This document shows positions 50,210 to 60,292 of a stretch of DNA of 60,292 nucleotides, piece after piece (position 1 is the stretch's first letter; each line of letters begins with the position of its first letter). Position numbers and translations under genes: made by a program. The stretch is taken from the NCBI GenBank assembly GCA_049670425.1, contig JBATTG010000194.1, positions 1-60,292 on the forward strand. Direction: 5' to 3'. The notes under the pieces are model-generated. The model worked only from the letters and a program-made list of their open reading frames with translations, made no database searches and was not told the DNA's origin. Source of the DNA: Proteocatella sp. Lineage in GTDB: Bacteria; Bacillota; Clostridia; Peptostreptococcales; Filifactoraceae.

Positions 50210-50835
50210 TACTTCATTTCCCTTCTGATTACAGGTATGAGGCGCTTGCCCAGGAAAGCACCTATGAGGCAGGTTGCTATATCCCCTGGAAGGCACAGAA
50301 GGAAACCGTATGTTAAAATCCCCATTATTCCAATCGGACTCTTGATTACAAGGTTTGATATAAGGTAGAAGTAAGGAACTCCCACCAGGTATACGATACC
50401 CAGTCCTGCCAATGCCGCAATCAGTATCTGACTGAAGCCTGGTTTTTCATGCTTCTCTACCATCTTGCCTGTTACAAATGCCCCTATCATGAAACCTATA
50501 AGGTATCCAAAGGTAGGCTGGAATATATATCCGATGCCTCCGCCCTGAGTGAATACAGGCACTCCGATGAGGCCTATCGCAAGATATATCCCTACAGCCA
50601 TGGCGCCGCGTCTTGAGCCCAGAAGAATTCCTGCCAGGGTTGTAAACATAAGCTGCATCGTAAAGGGAACATATGGCACCGGTATTTTTATGAAGGCTCC
50701 CACCGCTATGAGTGCTGCAAACAGTGCGCATATTATCATATCTTTAGTTTCTATTTTTCTTTTTTTCTGGGATTTTTGAACTTGAATTCCCCCAGTATTT
50801 TCTTCGCTGTTAAGTATTTCTGCTCTTGTTTCCAA
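50209..50835 (-). CDS. bioY: Biotin ECF transporter S component
   Basis: VPFTMQ, YLAIGLIGVPVF..GGG, PTFGYLIGF, LPGD; TTG start after SD GGAGG. Confidence 0.95.
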   Translation of the reverse strand: METRAEILNSEENTGGIQVQKSQKKRKIETKDMIICALFAALIAVGAFIKIPVPYVPFTMQLMFTTLAGILLGSRRGAMAVGIYLAIGLIGVPVFTQGGGIGYIFQPTFGYLIGFMIGAFVTGKMVEKHEKPGFSQILIAALAGLGIVYLVGVPYFYLISNLVIKSPIGIMGILTYGFLLCLPGDIATCLIGAFLGKRLIPVIRREMK

Positions 50836-50888
50836 AATTTACCTCCAAAGTAATAAGTCCTTAATAATGAATTTGTTATTATTCGCCT

Positions 50889-50947
50889 ATTATATAACTA
50901 AAAAAAAACCATGTCAACCAAATTTTATTTTTGGTTGACATGGTTTT
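50889..50947 (-). promoter_or_regulatory. bio operon SigA promoter overlapped by a BirA operator
   Basis: TGTCAAC-N15-GTTGACA (50912-50940) within a longer perfect inverted repeat (50905-50947); minus strand TTGACA-N17-TATAAT uses one arm as its -35. Confidence 0.88.
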
Positions 50948-50992
50948 GAAAGTCTTTAGAATTTATATTTTACTCAAGTGCTTTTCTGAAAT

Positions 50993-51835
50993 TTAAGCTG
51001 CCATCAAAAAATAAGCTATTACTATTATCCCCAGTACTATCCTGTAATACCCAAAGGCTTTGAAGTCATTCTTTTTGATGTAGCCAACAAGGAATTTTAT
51101 CGCAAGAATCGAAACTATAAATGCCGTAACCATTCCTATCGAAAGTGCAGCCATTTCTGCGCCTGTAAATACAAGTCCGAATTTAAGAAGCTTCAGGAGG
51201 CTTGCTCCAAGCATCACCGGAATCGCCAGAAAGAAGGTGAATTCCGCAGCCACTGTTCTTGAGACTCCTATAAGTATGGCTCCTACTATGGTTGCCCCCG
51301 AACGCGAGGTTCCCGGTATCAATGAAAGCACCTGGAACATTCCTATTATAACTGCTGCGCTGTATGTGATTTCGGCAAGAGAATTTATCCTTGGATTCTT
51401 GCCCTTGTTTCGGGTTTCTATTATTATGAAGAGTATTCCGTATATTATCAGCGTCACTGCTACAGTCTGGTAGTTATAAAACATGGCATCTATCTTGTCA
51501 TCAAAGGGAAGCCCTATTACCGCTGCCGGAAGCACAGCAACTATGACTTTGTACCAAAGGCTCATGGTTTCCTGGTTTATCGAAAGCCTGGCTCTGGCGT
51601 CTGCTATCTTGATTTTTTGAACAGGAAAGAGTTTTTTCCAGTAAAGCACAACCACCGCCATTATGGCTCCAAGCTGTATTACCACAAAAAACATCTCCTT
51701 GAAGGCCGGGGAGACGTTCAGCTTTATGAATTCATCCACGAGTATCATGTGCCCCGTGCTGCTTATCGGGAGCCACTCTGTTATTCCTTCTACAATTCCC
51801 AGTACTATTACTTTTATAATCTCTATAAAATCCAT
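50993..51835 (-). CDS. uppP: Undecaprenyl-diphosphate phosphatase
   Basis: [53 protein letters not shown]. Confidence 0.97.
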   Translation of the reverse strand: MDFIEIIKVIVLGIVEGITEWLPISSTGHMILVDEFIKLNVSPAFKEMFFVVIQLGAIMAVVVLYWKKLFPVQKIKIADARARLSINQETMSLWYKVIVAVLPAAVIGLPFDDKIDAMFYNYQTVAVTLIIYGILFIIIETRNKGKNPRINSLAEITYSAAVIIGMFQVLSLIPGTSRSGATIVGAILIGVSRTVAAEFTFFLAIPVMLGASLLKLLKFGLVFTGAEMAALSIGMVTAFIVSILAIKFLVGYIKKNDFKAFGYYRIVLGIIVIAYFLMAA

Positions 51836-52100
51836 TTTTATTCTCCTTCGGTGATTTTTCTTTATTTGATTGTTATATTTTTCAAACTAATTTCCAATTT
51901 CATATTATATCATAAACGATTTATTTTTTCAAACTTTTGAAAACTTCCAAATCATTGTTTTCAGTTACGTTCTTACATGTAAAAAAACAGTACTTGAAAA
52001 AGCCACTTCATACAAAGGCATGAATTTCTCATCCTATGTTTGAAATGGCCATATATCATTCATTTATGCTGTTTGCGCTTACATCTGACTGCTTTTCAAT

Positions 52101-52355
52101 TTAAAAATGTTTTTTTGAAATACAGCAATGTTTTTTATGGATATGATGATACTTTCCTGGAGCAAATACTCTGCATATAATGTATGCATAGCTTACTCCA
52201 AAAATTCCCCACAGGCAGCCCTTTTTATTCCTGAAAAAATCGAAAAAATAAACTCCTGTAAGTATGCCAAATGCAAAAATACAAGTTTTCCAAACTGCAA
52301 AATCCATTACATCGAATTTCTTTACACTCTTCATTCCTTTATCAATTATTTTCAT
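52101..52355 (-). CDS. Small hypothetical membrane protein (2 TM) with a His/Cys-rich tail
   Basis: SD GGAG before the ATG; two hydrophobic segments; ends KYHHIHKKHCCISKKHF. Confidence 0.65.
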   Translation of the reverse strand: MKIIDKGMKSVKKFDVMDFAVWKTCIFAFGILTGVYFFDFFRNKKGCLWGIFGVSYAYIICRVFAPGKYHHIHKKHCCISKKHF

Positions 52356-52506
52356 AGTTTTTCCTCCAATTTATCAAAAAAGAAACATTCGTATATTATA
52401 TTTACCCAAATCATACCATGTTGCACCGAATATTCAAATAATTTTCATCTGAATATATCGCTTTTTATTGCGTTCATCTCTCTTTTTCGTTTATAATGAA
52501 TTATAT

Positions 52507-52616
52507 GCAGAGTAGGTATTATGCGTCAAGTGCTACAGAGATGGGAAGTTGCCTGTAGACGAAGGATGAGCTCAAATTTCAAGGGTTTTGTCTGCGATAT
52601 AATGCTGCATCCGCTG
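52507..52616 (+). ncRNA. THF (tetrahydrofolate) riboswitch
   Basis: Conserved blocks GCAGAGTAGG, TGCGTCAAGTG, GATGGGAAGTTGC, ACGAA, TGCGAT and GCATCCGCTG, directly upstream of a folate ECF S component. Confidence 0.92.
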
Positions 52617-52626
52617 AGGAGGAAAA

Positions 52627-53184
52627 ATGAATAAAAAAAGTATCATCACCATGGGTTATGGAGCAAGAAAACGAAGCAATGCGCAAAACATCGTGTTCAG
52701 CGGACTTCTTGTGGCATCAAGTATCATTCTTACCCGCTTTTTAGGATTTTTGGCGCTCGGCGGCGCAATCAGGATAAGCTTCGGAGGGCTTCCCATAGCT
52801 CTTGCCGGTGCGCTTATGGGTCCGTTCTGGGGCGGCATGGTAGGGATGGTCGCCGACATTTTGGGAGTTTCCTTGTTCCCACAGGGAGCATTTTTTCCAG
52901 GCTTCACGCTTACCGCTGCTTTATCGGGCGTAATTCCAGGCCTGGTTCTTTATGGCAGAAAACCTTCGATAAGACTGATTGCCATATCCAGCGCTTTGAA
53001 TGCGCTCATATGTTCTCTCATTCTTAATACATTTTGGCTTACAATTCTGCTTGAAAAAGGATTTTTGGTGCTTCTGCCAACGAGAATACTTTCTTCTGTT
53101 ATTATAGCGTTTTTGGAGGCAATTTTGCTGAAAATCCTGCTTAAAGCCTTCTATGGCAAGGCAGGTAAACCAATGAAAAGTTAG
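52627..53184 (+). CDS. folT: Folate ECF transporter S component
   Basis: IILTRF, IRISFG.LPI.LAG...GP..GG..G..ADILG, FFPGFTLTA, LNTFWL; THF riboswitch upstream. Confidence 0.92.
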   Translation: MNKKSIITMGYGARKRSNAQNIVFSGLLVASSIILTRFLGFLALGGAIRISFGGLPIALAGALMGPFWGGMVGMVADILGVSLFPQGAFFPGFTLTAALSGVIPGLVLYGRKPSIRLIAISSALNALICSLILNTFWLTILLEKGFLVLLPTRILSSVIIAFLEAILLKILLKAFYGKAGKPMKS

Positions 53185-53333
53185 CTGCTTTTTCAAGGGT
53201 TTTATTCAGATTTAAGTTTAAAAGAGAAGAACTCGGGAAATACTTTGTAATATAATTTTTTATCAATACCAATGCTTTTCGAATTATATTGGTTTACATT
53301 TTTATTGTATGAACTGGAATTTAGGAGGATATT

Positions 53334-55010
53334 ATGGGTTTTAAATCTGATATTGAAATTGCACAGGAGGCAGTGCCTCAGGATATTCGTGATATTGCAA
53401 GAAAAATGGGACTTTCTGAAGATGATCTTGAGCTTTACGGTAAATATAAGGCTAAGCTTGATTATAATCTTCTTAAGCAGGGAAATGGGAAAAAGGCCAA
53501 GCTTATACTTACTACTGCCATAAACCCCACTCCCGCCGGCGAAGGAAAAACTACTACTACCATCGGTCTTTCTGATGCTCTTTCCAGACTTGGAAAAACT
53601 ACTATTGTAGCTCTTAGAGAACCGTCTTTGGGTCCCGTATTTGGAATCAAGGGTGGCGCTGCAGGCGGCGGATATGCTCAGGTCATTCCAATGGAAGATA
53701 TAAACCTTCATTTCACTGGTGATTTCCATGCTATCGGAGCTGCAAACAACTTGCTTGCCGCCCTTATAGACAATCATATCCAGCAGGGAAACCTTCTTGA
53801 TATAGATACCAGAAGAATCACCTGGAAGCGCTGCATGGATATGAACGACAGACAGCTCAGATTCATAACTGATGGCCTTGGCGGGAAAGCCAACGGTACT
53901 CCAAGAGAAGATGGTTTTGATATTACAGTCGCATCTGAGGTCATGGCAGCATTCTGCCTGGCTAATGATATCTCTGATTTAAAGGAAAGACTTGGAAAAA
54001 TAATAATCGGTTATTCTCGAACTGGAAAACCGGTTACGGCAAAGGAACTTAATGCAAACGGGGCCATGGCCGCACTTTTGAAAGATGCCCTTAAACCCAA
54101 CCTTGTACAGACCCTCGAAGGAACGCCGGCATTTGTTCATGGAGGGCCGTTTGCCAATATAGCTCACGGCTGCAACTCTGTCATAGCAACAAAGATGGCT
54201 ATGCATTTTGCAGATTATGTAGTTACTGAGGCCGGGTTCGGAGCAGACCTTGGAGCCGAAAAATTTCTTGACATAAAATGCAGGATGTCTGGCATAAAGC
54301 CTGATGCAGTAGTTATTGTAGCTACAGTAAGAGCGCTTAAGTACAATGGTGGCGTAAAGAAGGACGAGCTTGGAATGGAAAATCTGGAGGCGCTTGAAAA
54401 AGGACTTCCAAATCTTCTTAAGCATGTCGAAAATATAACTCAAGTTTTCAAGCTGCCAGCAGTAGTTGCTATAAACCGTTTCCCTCTTGATACCGAGGCC
54501 GAGCTTGAACTTGTCAGAAACAAGTGCAACGAGCTTGGAGTCAACGTTGCTCTTTCTGAGGTATGGGAAAAAGGCGGCGAGGGCGGCCAGGAGCTTGCGC
54601 AGCAGGTGCTTTCTCTTATTGAAAATGGTTCTGATGAATTTGAATATGCCTATGACCTTGAAATGAGCATTAAGGACAAGATAAATGCCATAGCTACGAG
54701 GATTTATGGTGCCGACGGGGTTGATTACCTGCCTGTCGCTCTCAAGCAGATTGCCGAAATCGAAGACCTTGGTTTTTCAAACGTACCTATATGCATGGCT
54801 AAGACTCAATATTCGCTTACTGATGATCAGACCAAGCTTGGAAGACCTACCGGTTTTAGAATCACAGTTAAGAATATTAAGATTTCTGCAGGTGCAGGCT
54901 TTGCAGTTGCTATGACTGGCGAAATAATGACCATGCCAGGACTTCCTAAGGTTCCCGCTGCCAACAGAATCGACGTAGATGAAAATGGCAAAATCTCAGG
55001 GTTGTTTTAA
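53334..55010 (+). CDS. fhs: Formate-tetrahydrofolate ligase
   Basis: [72 protein letters not shown]. Confidence 0.98.
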   Translation: MGFKSDIEIAQEAVPQDIRDIARKMGLSEDDLELYGKYKAKLDYNLLKQGNGKKAKLILTTAINPTPAGEGKTTTTIGLSDALSRLGKTTIVALREPSLGPVFGIKGGAAGGGYAQVIPMEDINLHFTGDFHAIGAANNLLAALIDNHIQQGNLLDIDTRRITWKRCMDMNDRQLRFITDGLGGKANGTPREDGFDITVASEVMAAFCLANDISDLKERLGKIIIGYSRTGKPVTAKELNANGAMAALLKDALKPNLVQTLEGTPAFVHGGPFANIAHGCNSVIATKMAMHFADYVVTEAGFGADLGAEKFLDIKCRMSGIKPDAVVIVATVRALKYNGGVKKDELGMENLEALEKGLPNLLKHVENITQVFKLPAVVAINRFPLDTEAELELVRNKCNELGVNVALSEVWEKGGEGGQELAQQVLSLIENGSDEFEYAYDLEMSIKDKINAIATRIYGADGVDYLPVALKQIAEIEDLGFSNVPICMAKTQYSLTDDQTKLGRPTGFRITVKNIKISAGAGFAVAMTGEIMTMPGLPKVPAANRIDVDENGKISGLF

Positions 55011-55044
55011 TTCATCAAATTTATAAATCGATGTTTCACCAAAT

Positions 55045-55087
55045 AAAAAAAGGTACTGAATTTCTTTTGAAATTCAGTACCTTTTTT
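55045..55087. terminator. Bidirectional terminator between fhs and the MCP gene
   Basis: AAAAAAGGTACTGAATTT / AAATTCAGTACCTTTTTT perfect stem. Confidence 0.88.
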
Positions 55088-55173
55088 AGTATTCACATAT
55101 TTTCATTAAAATTCATTGAACCTTACGGAATCATTAAACAGGCGAAAATATGTTCTATCACCTGTTTAACCGA

Positions 55174-57159
55174 TTATAACAATAGCTCGTTGAACTCGGA
55201 ATCGCTCTTTAACGTAAATTTCGCTACTTCTTCCTGAAGCATGCTTGCCTGCCCTGAAAGCTCTTCACTTGCGGCAGCACTCTGCTCTGCTGTTGCAGAA
55301 TTCGACTGCACTACGGAAGAAATCTGGTCGATACCTATTGTAATCTGGCTGATGGCATCCGCCTGTTCCTTTGATGCGTTTGCAATCTCAGTAATCGCCA
55401 GAACAACCTGTTCTGCACCTTCGGCCACTGCACTAATCGATTTTGCGGTTTCCCCTGCAATAAGCGTACCCTCGGAAACAGCTTTGACTGTATCTTCTAT
55501 AAGCACAGTGGTATTTTTTGCAGCCTCTGCAGATTTTCCTGCAAGATTTCTTACTTCGTCCGCCACTACGGCAAAGCCTTTTCCGGAAGAACCCGCTCTT
55601 GCGGCTTCCACTGCGGCATTTAGCGCCAGGATGTTTGTCTGGAAGGCGATGTCTTCTATTACCTTTATAATCTTGCTTATTTCTGAAGATTTATCCGATA
55701 TATCCGTCATAGCGCTCACCATATTATGCATCTTCATATTGCTGAGCTCCAGTTCTGAACCAACATTAGAAGTAATCAAATTTGCCTTTTCCGCATTTTC
55801 AGCGTTTATTTTTATCTGATTTGATACTTCATTGACAGATGCTGACAGCTCCTGAATAGAACCAGCCTGTTCTGTCGTCCCCTGCGCAAGTGTCTGTGCC
55901 CCGGAAGAAACCTGTTCAGAGCCTGCGCTTACCTGCTCTGCCGCTGTCTTTATTGTTGAAAGCGTTGCGCTCATTGAAGCTGATATTTCAAGAACCGAAA
56001 TTTCCAACTGTTTAAAATCACCTGGATATTCAATATCGCTGTAAAGATCAAAATAGCCAGTTGACATTTTGGACAGACCCCTTGAAAGATCTTCGATTAT
56101 GGTCTTGGTAATTGCTACCATTGCTCTCATGCTTTGTGCCAGGTTACCAATTTCATCATCAGATTCATAGGCTAAATCTATATCAAAATTACCCTCTGCC
56201 ATGCTTTTTGCGGCATCTTCAACTTCCTTGATGGGTCTTACAAGTGTATTTGTAAACCTTATCATTACTATCGCACCAAGAATCAAGGCTGCCAGAGAAA
56301 TCAAAATGCATATGAGCGCCGCCATGTAGCCGCCTTTCATAAATTCGTACTTCTCTACATTGACCCCGATTGACCAGGCAGTGCCTTCGATTGGAGAAAA
56401 GAAAATGAGCTTATCTTTTCCCTCGTAAGTATATTCACCATGGGTTGGCTCCCCGCTGATTGCAAGCTGCTGAAGCTCCGCTAAATCCTTAAGGCTGGAA
56501 TCACTCTTGGAATCTTCTATCAAGTTTTCCTGCATCGCCACAAGCTGCTCATCCTTATGAGCAATAATGTCACCTTCCTCATTGATGATATAGGCTCCTC
56601 CAGTTTCACCAATCTGGATGCGGTTTGTGATACCAGAAAGGAATGAAGCATCGAGCTTTCCAACGACTACCCCAACTACCTTGGTGCCATAAAGTCCATC
56701 TTCCCATAACGGCGTGGATACTACTATTACCTGAGTAGAACCGTCGATCTGCGGTGAGGAAATATAAGTTTCGGCTCCTGCGGCCGCCTTGAAATATCCG
56801 CTGTCCGCAACATTTTCACCTCTTAAGGTATTACCCTTCAAATCGGCTGCATCCAGTGAAAGCAGTTTATATTTTTCCATCTTGTTATCTAAAATTTCCA
56901 GTTTTTTGCTAAGTGGAATATCCGAACTGGAAAATGCTGATACCGTGCCGATTTCTTGTATGGCACTCCTTGTCGCCTTAAGACGATTTTCCACCGCCAT
57001 CGCAGACATTGTTGCAGTTTCCTCCATGACTGCAAACAGCGTGCTTTGCGTCCCTTTAAGGCTCAATATGCTGGATACGGCTGATACCGTTCCCAGAGAT
57101 AGAAGTAATACCGATAAAGCAATTGCCAAAATCTTCGTCTTGATGCTTTTCATTTTCAT
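55174..57159 (-). CDS. Methyl-accepting chemotaxis protein (TM, dCache-like, TM, HAMP, MA)
   Basis: [10 protein letters not shown]...IAH Cache motif, HAMP DEIGNLA, signalling tip [35 protein letters not shown]. Confidence 0.95.
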   Translation of the reverse strand: MKMKSIKTKILAIALSVLLLSLGTVSAVSSILSLKGTQSTLFAVMEETATMSAMAVENRLKATRSAIQEIGTVSAFSSSDIPLSKKLEILDNKMEKYKLLSLDAADLKGNTLRGENVADSGYFKAAAGAETYISSPQIDGSTQVIVVSTPLWEDGLYGTKVVGVVVGKLDASFLSGITNRIQIGETGGAYIINEEGDIIAHKDEQLVAMQENLIEDSKSDSSLKDLAELQQLAISGEPTHGEYTYEGKDKLIFFSPIEGTAWSIGVNVEKYEFMKGGYMAALICILISLAALILGAIVMIRFTNTLVRPIKEVEDAAKSMAEGNFDIDLAYESDDEIGNLAQSMRAMVAITKTIIEDLSRGLSKMSTGYFDLYSDIEYPGDFKQLEISVLEISASMSATLSTIKTAAEQVSAGSEQVSSGAQTLAQGTTEQAGSIQELSASVNEVSNQIKINAENAEKANLITSNVGSELELSNMKMHNMVSAMTDISDKSSEISKIIKVIEDIAFQTNILALNAAVEAARAGSSGKGFAVVADEVRNLAGKSAEAAKNTTVLIEDTVKAVSEGTLIAGETAKSISAVAEGAEQVVLAITEIANASKEQADAISQITIGIDQISSVVQSNSATAEQSAAASEELSGQASMLQEEVAKFTLKSDSEFNELLL

Positions 57160-57345
57160 GCCAAATCTCCCTTTATAAACTTATTGTTAAATTTTTACAT
57201 TCAGATTTAATTATACCTTATTTACTATTATATATTCAATCCCTTAAACAAATAAATTTACCGGTTTAACATTCCAAACTTCCAAAGTATAGATGAGGCT
57301 TGCTGCAACATCAATTATCAACTGCTTTAGGCAGATTGGCATGAC

Positions 57346-57389
57346 AAAAAACAGGTGTGCGGAAGATATCATCCGCACACCTGTTTTTT
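57346..57389. terminator. Terminator between the two MCP genes
   Basis: AAAAAACAGGTGTGCGGA / TCCGCACACCTGTTTTTT perfect stem. Confidence 0.88.
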
Positions 57390-57415
57390 AAATTAATATT
57401 TTTTATATTGTTTAA

Positions 57416-59416
57416 TTAGAACATCGATTCTCTTTTTAAGGTGAACTTAGCCACTTCTTCTTGAAGCATGCTGGCCTGGCCTGAAAGTTCTTCACTCGCC
57501 GCGGCGCTTTCTTCTGCCGTTGCTGAATTCGAATTCACAACAGAGGAAATCTGATCAAGTCCCGTCGTAATCTGGCTGATAGCATTCGCCTGATTTCTCG
57601 ATGCATTTGTAATTTCTGTAACCGCCAGAACAACCTGCTCTGCATTTGCAACTACACTGTCGATGGCTCTTGCCGTTTCCGTTGCTATGGCTGTTCCCTC
57701 AGATACTACTCTTACCGTATCCTCAATCAGTACCGTGGTATTTTTTGCAGCTTCTGCAGATTTTCCCGCAAGATTTCTTACTTCGTCCGCCACCACTGCG
57801 AATCCTTTTCCCGAAGAACCCGCTCTTGCGGCTTCCACTGCGGCATTGAGCGCCAGGATGTTTGTCTGGAAAGCAATGTCCTCTATAACCTTTATGATTT
57901 TCTTGATATCTGATGATTTGTCGGCAATATCCCTTATCGAAGTCATCATTTTATTCATTTGAGAATTACTGTACTCAAGCTCTTGGCCCACACTCGAAGA
58001 AATCGAATTTGCCTTCTCTGCATTTTCTGCATTAAATCTTATCTGATCTGAAATTTCGTTAATAGATGCCGACAGTTCTTGAATCGAACTCGCCTGTTCA
58101 GTGGTACCCTGTGCCAGAATCTGCGCTCCGGAAGATACCTGTTCCGCTCCAGAACTTACCTGATCTGCCGATGTCCTGATTGTCGACATGGTTCCGCTTA
58201 GTGATGAGGCTATCTGAAGTATCGAGTTTTCCAGCGACTTGAATATGCCCGGGTATTCGTGGTCGCTTACAAGGTCGAAGTAGCCGGTTGCCAGCTTATC
58301 CAGACCTCTTGCCGTATCCTCTATTATATCTTTGGTAGATGTTATCATCGTGCGCATGCTGTTGGCCAGATTTCCGATTTCGTCCTCGGATGTATAGGTC
58401 AAATCTATGTCATAATCGCCCTCTGCCATGTTTTTTGCAGCTTCCTCAACTTCCTTGATTGGTCTTACCAGATTGTCTGCAAACTTAATCATTACAATCG
58501 CAGAAATAATAAGAGCCAACAAGGAAATCAAACCACATACAAGCGCTGCCTTGTAGCCGGATGCCATAAATTCAGATTTCTCGGCATTGACACCGATGGA
58601 CCAACTGGTACCTTCTATGGGTGTAAAACAAACGATTTTCGTTATTCCGCCATAAGTATATTGACCCTTGCTCGGCTCGCCGCTTACAGCCACCTTTTCT
58701 ATGCTTGCTAAAGCCGCTAGGCCCGAATCGCTTTTAGAAGCTTCTATATTGTTATTATGAGAAGCTACAAATTCCTGATTCTTATGGGCAATGGTGGTTC
58801 CTTTTTCATCTATGATGTAAGCCCCGCCGGTTTCCCCGAGTTGAATTTTAGCCGTAATACCTGAAAGGAAGGAAGCTTCCATCCTTGCATAAATAACGCC
58901 GACTATATTTGTTCCGTAAACGCCATTTTCCCACACTGGCGCCGACACCATTATAACCTGAGAAGAACCTTCCATTTCCGGCGAGGATATGTAGACCTTG
59001 TCCCCTAAAGCCTCTTTGAAATAATCGTTGCCGTCAACATTCTCTCCTCTAAGCGAATTCCCTTTCAAGTCAGCCACATCAAGTGATATCAGCTTATACT
59101 TGGTGACCTTGCTGTCCAAAATCTCCAATTTTTTTGCCAGAGAAATCTCCGCACTCGAAAGATACGGGTTTGTTCCTATTTCCCCTAGAGATGCCATTGT
59201 AGCCGTCAGGCGGTTTGCCACAGCTACAGCCGCTGTTTTCGAAGTCTCCTGCATACCTGAATATAGCGTATCTTCGGTTCCCTTAAGGCCCAGTATGCTA
59301 GATACCGCAGATACCGTTCCTAAGGATAAAAGCAGTACTGTTAAAGCGATAGCCAAAATCTTCGTCTTTATACTCTTGCTTTTGAAGCTGTTGGTCCTCA
59401 TGATTTCCATTTTCAC
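57416..59416 (-). CDS. Methyl-accepting chemotaxis protein, paralog of 55174-57159
   Basis: Same architecture and motifs; probable GTG start at 59416 after SD GGGGAG (start uncertain). Confidence 0.94.
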   Translation of the reverse strand: MKMEIMRTNSFKSKSIKTKILAIALTVLLLSLGTVSAVSSILGLKGTEDTLYSGMQETSKTAAVAVANRLTATMASLGEIGTNPYLSSAEISLAKKLEILDSKVTKYKLISLDVADLKGNSLRGENVDGNDYFKEALGDKVYISSPEMEGSSQVIMVSAPVWENGVYGTNIVGVIYARMEASFLSGITAKIQLGETGGAYIIDEKGTTIAHKNQEFVASHNNNIEASKSDSGLAALASIEKVAVSGEPSKGQYTYGGITKIVCFTPIEGTSWSIGVNAEKSEFMASGYKAALVCGLISLLALIISAIVMIKFADNLVRPIKEVEEAAKNMAEGDYDIDLTYTSEDEIGNLANSMRTMITSTKDIIEDTARGLDKLATGYFDLVSDHEYPGIFKSLENSILQIASSLSGTMSTIRTSADQVSSGAEQVSSGAQILAQGTTEQASSIQELSASINEISDQIRFNAENAEKANSISSSVGQELEYSNSQMNKMMTSIRDIADKSSDIKKIIKVIEDIAFQTNILALNAAVEAARAGSSGKGFAVVADEVRNLAGKSAEAAKNTTVLIEDTVRVVSEGTAIATETARAIDSVVANAEQVVLAVTEITNASRNQANAISQITTGLDQISSVVNSNSATAEESAAASEELSGQASMLQEEVAKFTLKRESMF

Positions 59417-59543
59417 GATTAGTTCTCCCTTATAATATTTATAATTTATCCTTCTACTTCCCTTATTAAAAAACATTCAAAAACAATATTATTACAATAC
59501 AATTTTTCTAAAAATGTCCTTTTAACGAATTCTATTATAACTC

Positions 59544-59570
59544 ATTTCGGTATCCTAATTCAATAGTTTA
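59544..59570 (-). promoter_or_regulatory. Putative SigD (sigma-28) promoter of the MCP gene
   Basis: Minus strand TAAA-N15-ACCGAAAT versus consensus TAAA-N15/16-GCCGATAW, upstream of a chemotaxis receptor. Confidence 0.55.
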
Positions 59571-59602
59571 TTAAATTTTTTTAAATAGTTTATTAAATTT
59601 TT
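59562..59602. repeat. 19-bp direct repeat, period 22
   Basis: AATAGTTTATTAAATTTTT at 59562-59580 and 59584-59602. Confidence 0.75.
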
Positions 59603-59679
59603 CGAATTCATTAAAAAAACCAGTTTTTTAATGGATTAATATTTATCTATTCCTTCTGAATTTTAGCTTATATTTAAAT

Positions 59680-59722
59680 AAAAATCGTACTGGATCTCAA
59701 AAGAAACCCAGTACGATTTTTT
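59680..59722. terminator. Terminator after the double-cubane/HAD-family gene
   Basis: AAAAATCGTACTGG / CCAGTACGATTTTT stem. Confidence 0.8.
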
Positions 59723-59770
59723 ATATAACAGCTCTTATAGCATGCCTTATTTAATGCTTCTAAACTTCTT

Positions 59771-60292
59771 TTACATCATCTCTATGAAGGCTGCCATTCT
59801 AGTGTTAAGCTGGCCTATGTCTGATTGTGAGTAATCAGTTTCTATGCTCATATACGGAATTGATTTTTCGCCGTTTACAAAGCGTTTTATCTTAAGTGAT
59901 TCTACCGCATAGGTGTGGCAGGCCTGAAGTATTACATCGACTACGCCATCTGCCTGGTATTCATCCACCATTCTGTTTAAAAGATCTATCCTGTTTGGGT
60001 TTGGAGACATGCAAGAACATCCTATATTAAGGTACTTCTGTGCAAGAGCTTCGTAGACGTCTTCATTTGTCTCATCTACCAACTGGTCTATGGCTTTTGC
60101 TCCCATGCAGTTTTCATATGCCACTACGTATGCGCCGTTATCTTCTATGGCCTTTACCACTTTTTCCGTCACCCCGCCGATTGGGCAGCCAGTTATTACT
60201 ATTCTCGGTTTCGGGTCAAGCCTCTTGCCTTCTTCATATTCCTTCTTAACTCTTGCCGTAAGTTCATTTACCTCTTTTATAGTGTCGTTTTT
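59771..60292 (-). CDS. 2-hydroxyacyl-CoA dehydratase-family protein, probably a double-cubane cluster reductase (YjiM-like); 5' end outside the window
   Basis: Frame open to the window edge: KPRIVITGCPIGGVTEKV...ENCMG...GCSCMSPN.NR...LQACHTY.VE...IETDYSQSDIGQLNTR.AAFIEM. Confidence 0.85.
   Translation of the reverse strand, partial: KNDTIKEVNELTARVKKEYEEGKRLDPKPRIVITGCPIGGVTEKVVKAIEDNGAYVVAYENCMGAKAIDQLVDETNEDVYEALAQKYLNIGCSCMSPNPNRIDLLNRMVDEYQADGVVDVILQACHTYAVESLKIKRFVNGEKSIPYMSIETDYSQSDIGQLNTRMAAFIEMM

Noticed and set aside
57160..57345. c-di-GMP riboswitch or Rex site upstream of the second MCP gene
   Set aside because: No GEMM core motifs; TTGTTAA has no properly spaced second half-site.
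59501..59516. CodY-like boxes (here, about 35013-35027 and about 52429-52443)
   Set aside because: Three or four mismatches to AATTTTCWGAAAATT in very AT-rich DNA, which is not distinguishable from chance.

Overview
Ordinary chromosomal DNA from an anaerobic Clostridia-class Firmicute. A Peptostreptococcales-like placement is my inference from gene content. Most genes lie on the - strand. In window order: a MacAB-type efflux pair (partial), ferritin, a sigma-54 activator with a CdsB/YhaM-type cysteine desulfidase, mscL, a his operon (hisZGCBHAF-IE-D), a glycogen operon (glgBCDAP plus a GH13 enzyme), pdxK, a LacI-controlled maltodextrin ABC/malQ/malP operon, a flavin reductase-like gene, tRNA-Ser(GGA), a UPF0016 transporter, a nuclease-DinG helicase, an orphan BlaI, perR-rubrerythrin, walRK-orf-yycH-yycI, bioYBDA, uppP, THF riboswitch-folT, fhs, two tandem MCPs and a partial double-cubane/HAD-family reductase. 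I found no transposase, integrase, prophage, CRISPR array or defence system, and no clearly new multi-gene system. The best signals are non-coding and missing from the ORF track: (1) a 20-aa His-His-His leader peptide with a full terminator/antiterminator attenuator before hisZ; (2) a 185-bp foldback element with 20-bp perfect terminal inverted repeats and a GCGAAGC mini-hairpin; (3) a WalR-box array and promoter inside the wal locus; (4) a sigma-54 promoter with three palindromic activator sites; (5) a BirA operator that also has terminator shape. All calls come from reading by eye, with no database search or folding run. Start codons were adjusted by hand using Shine-Dalgarno positions.
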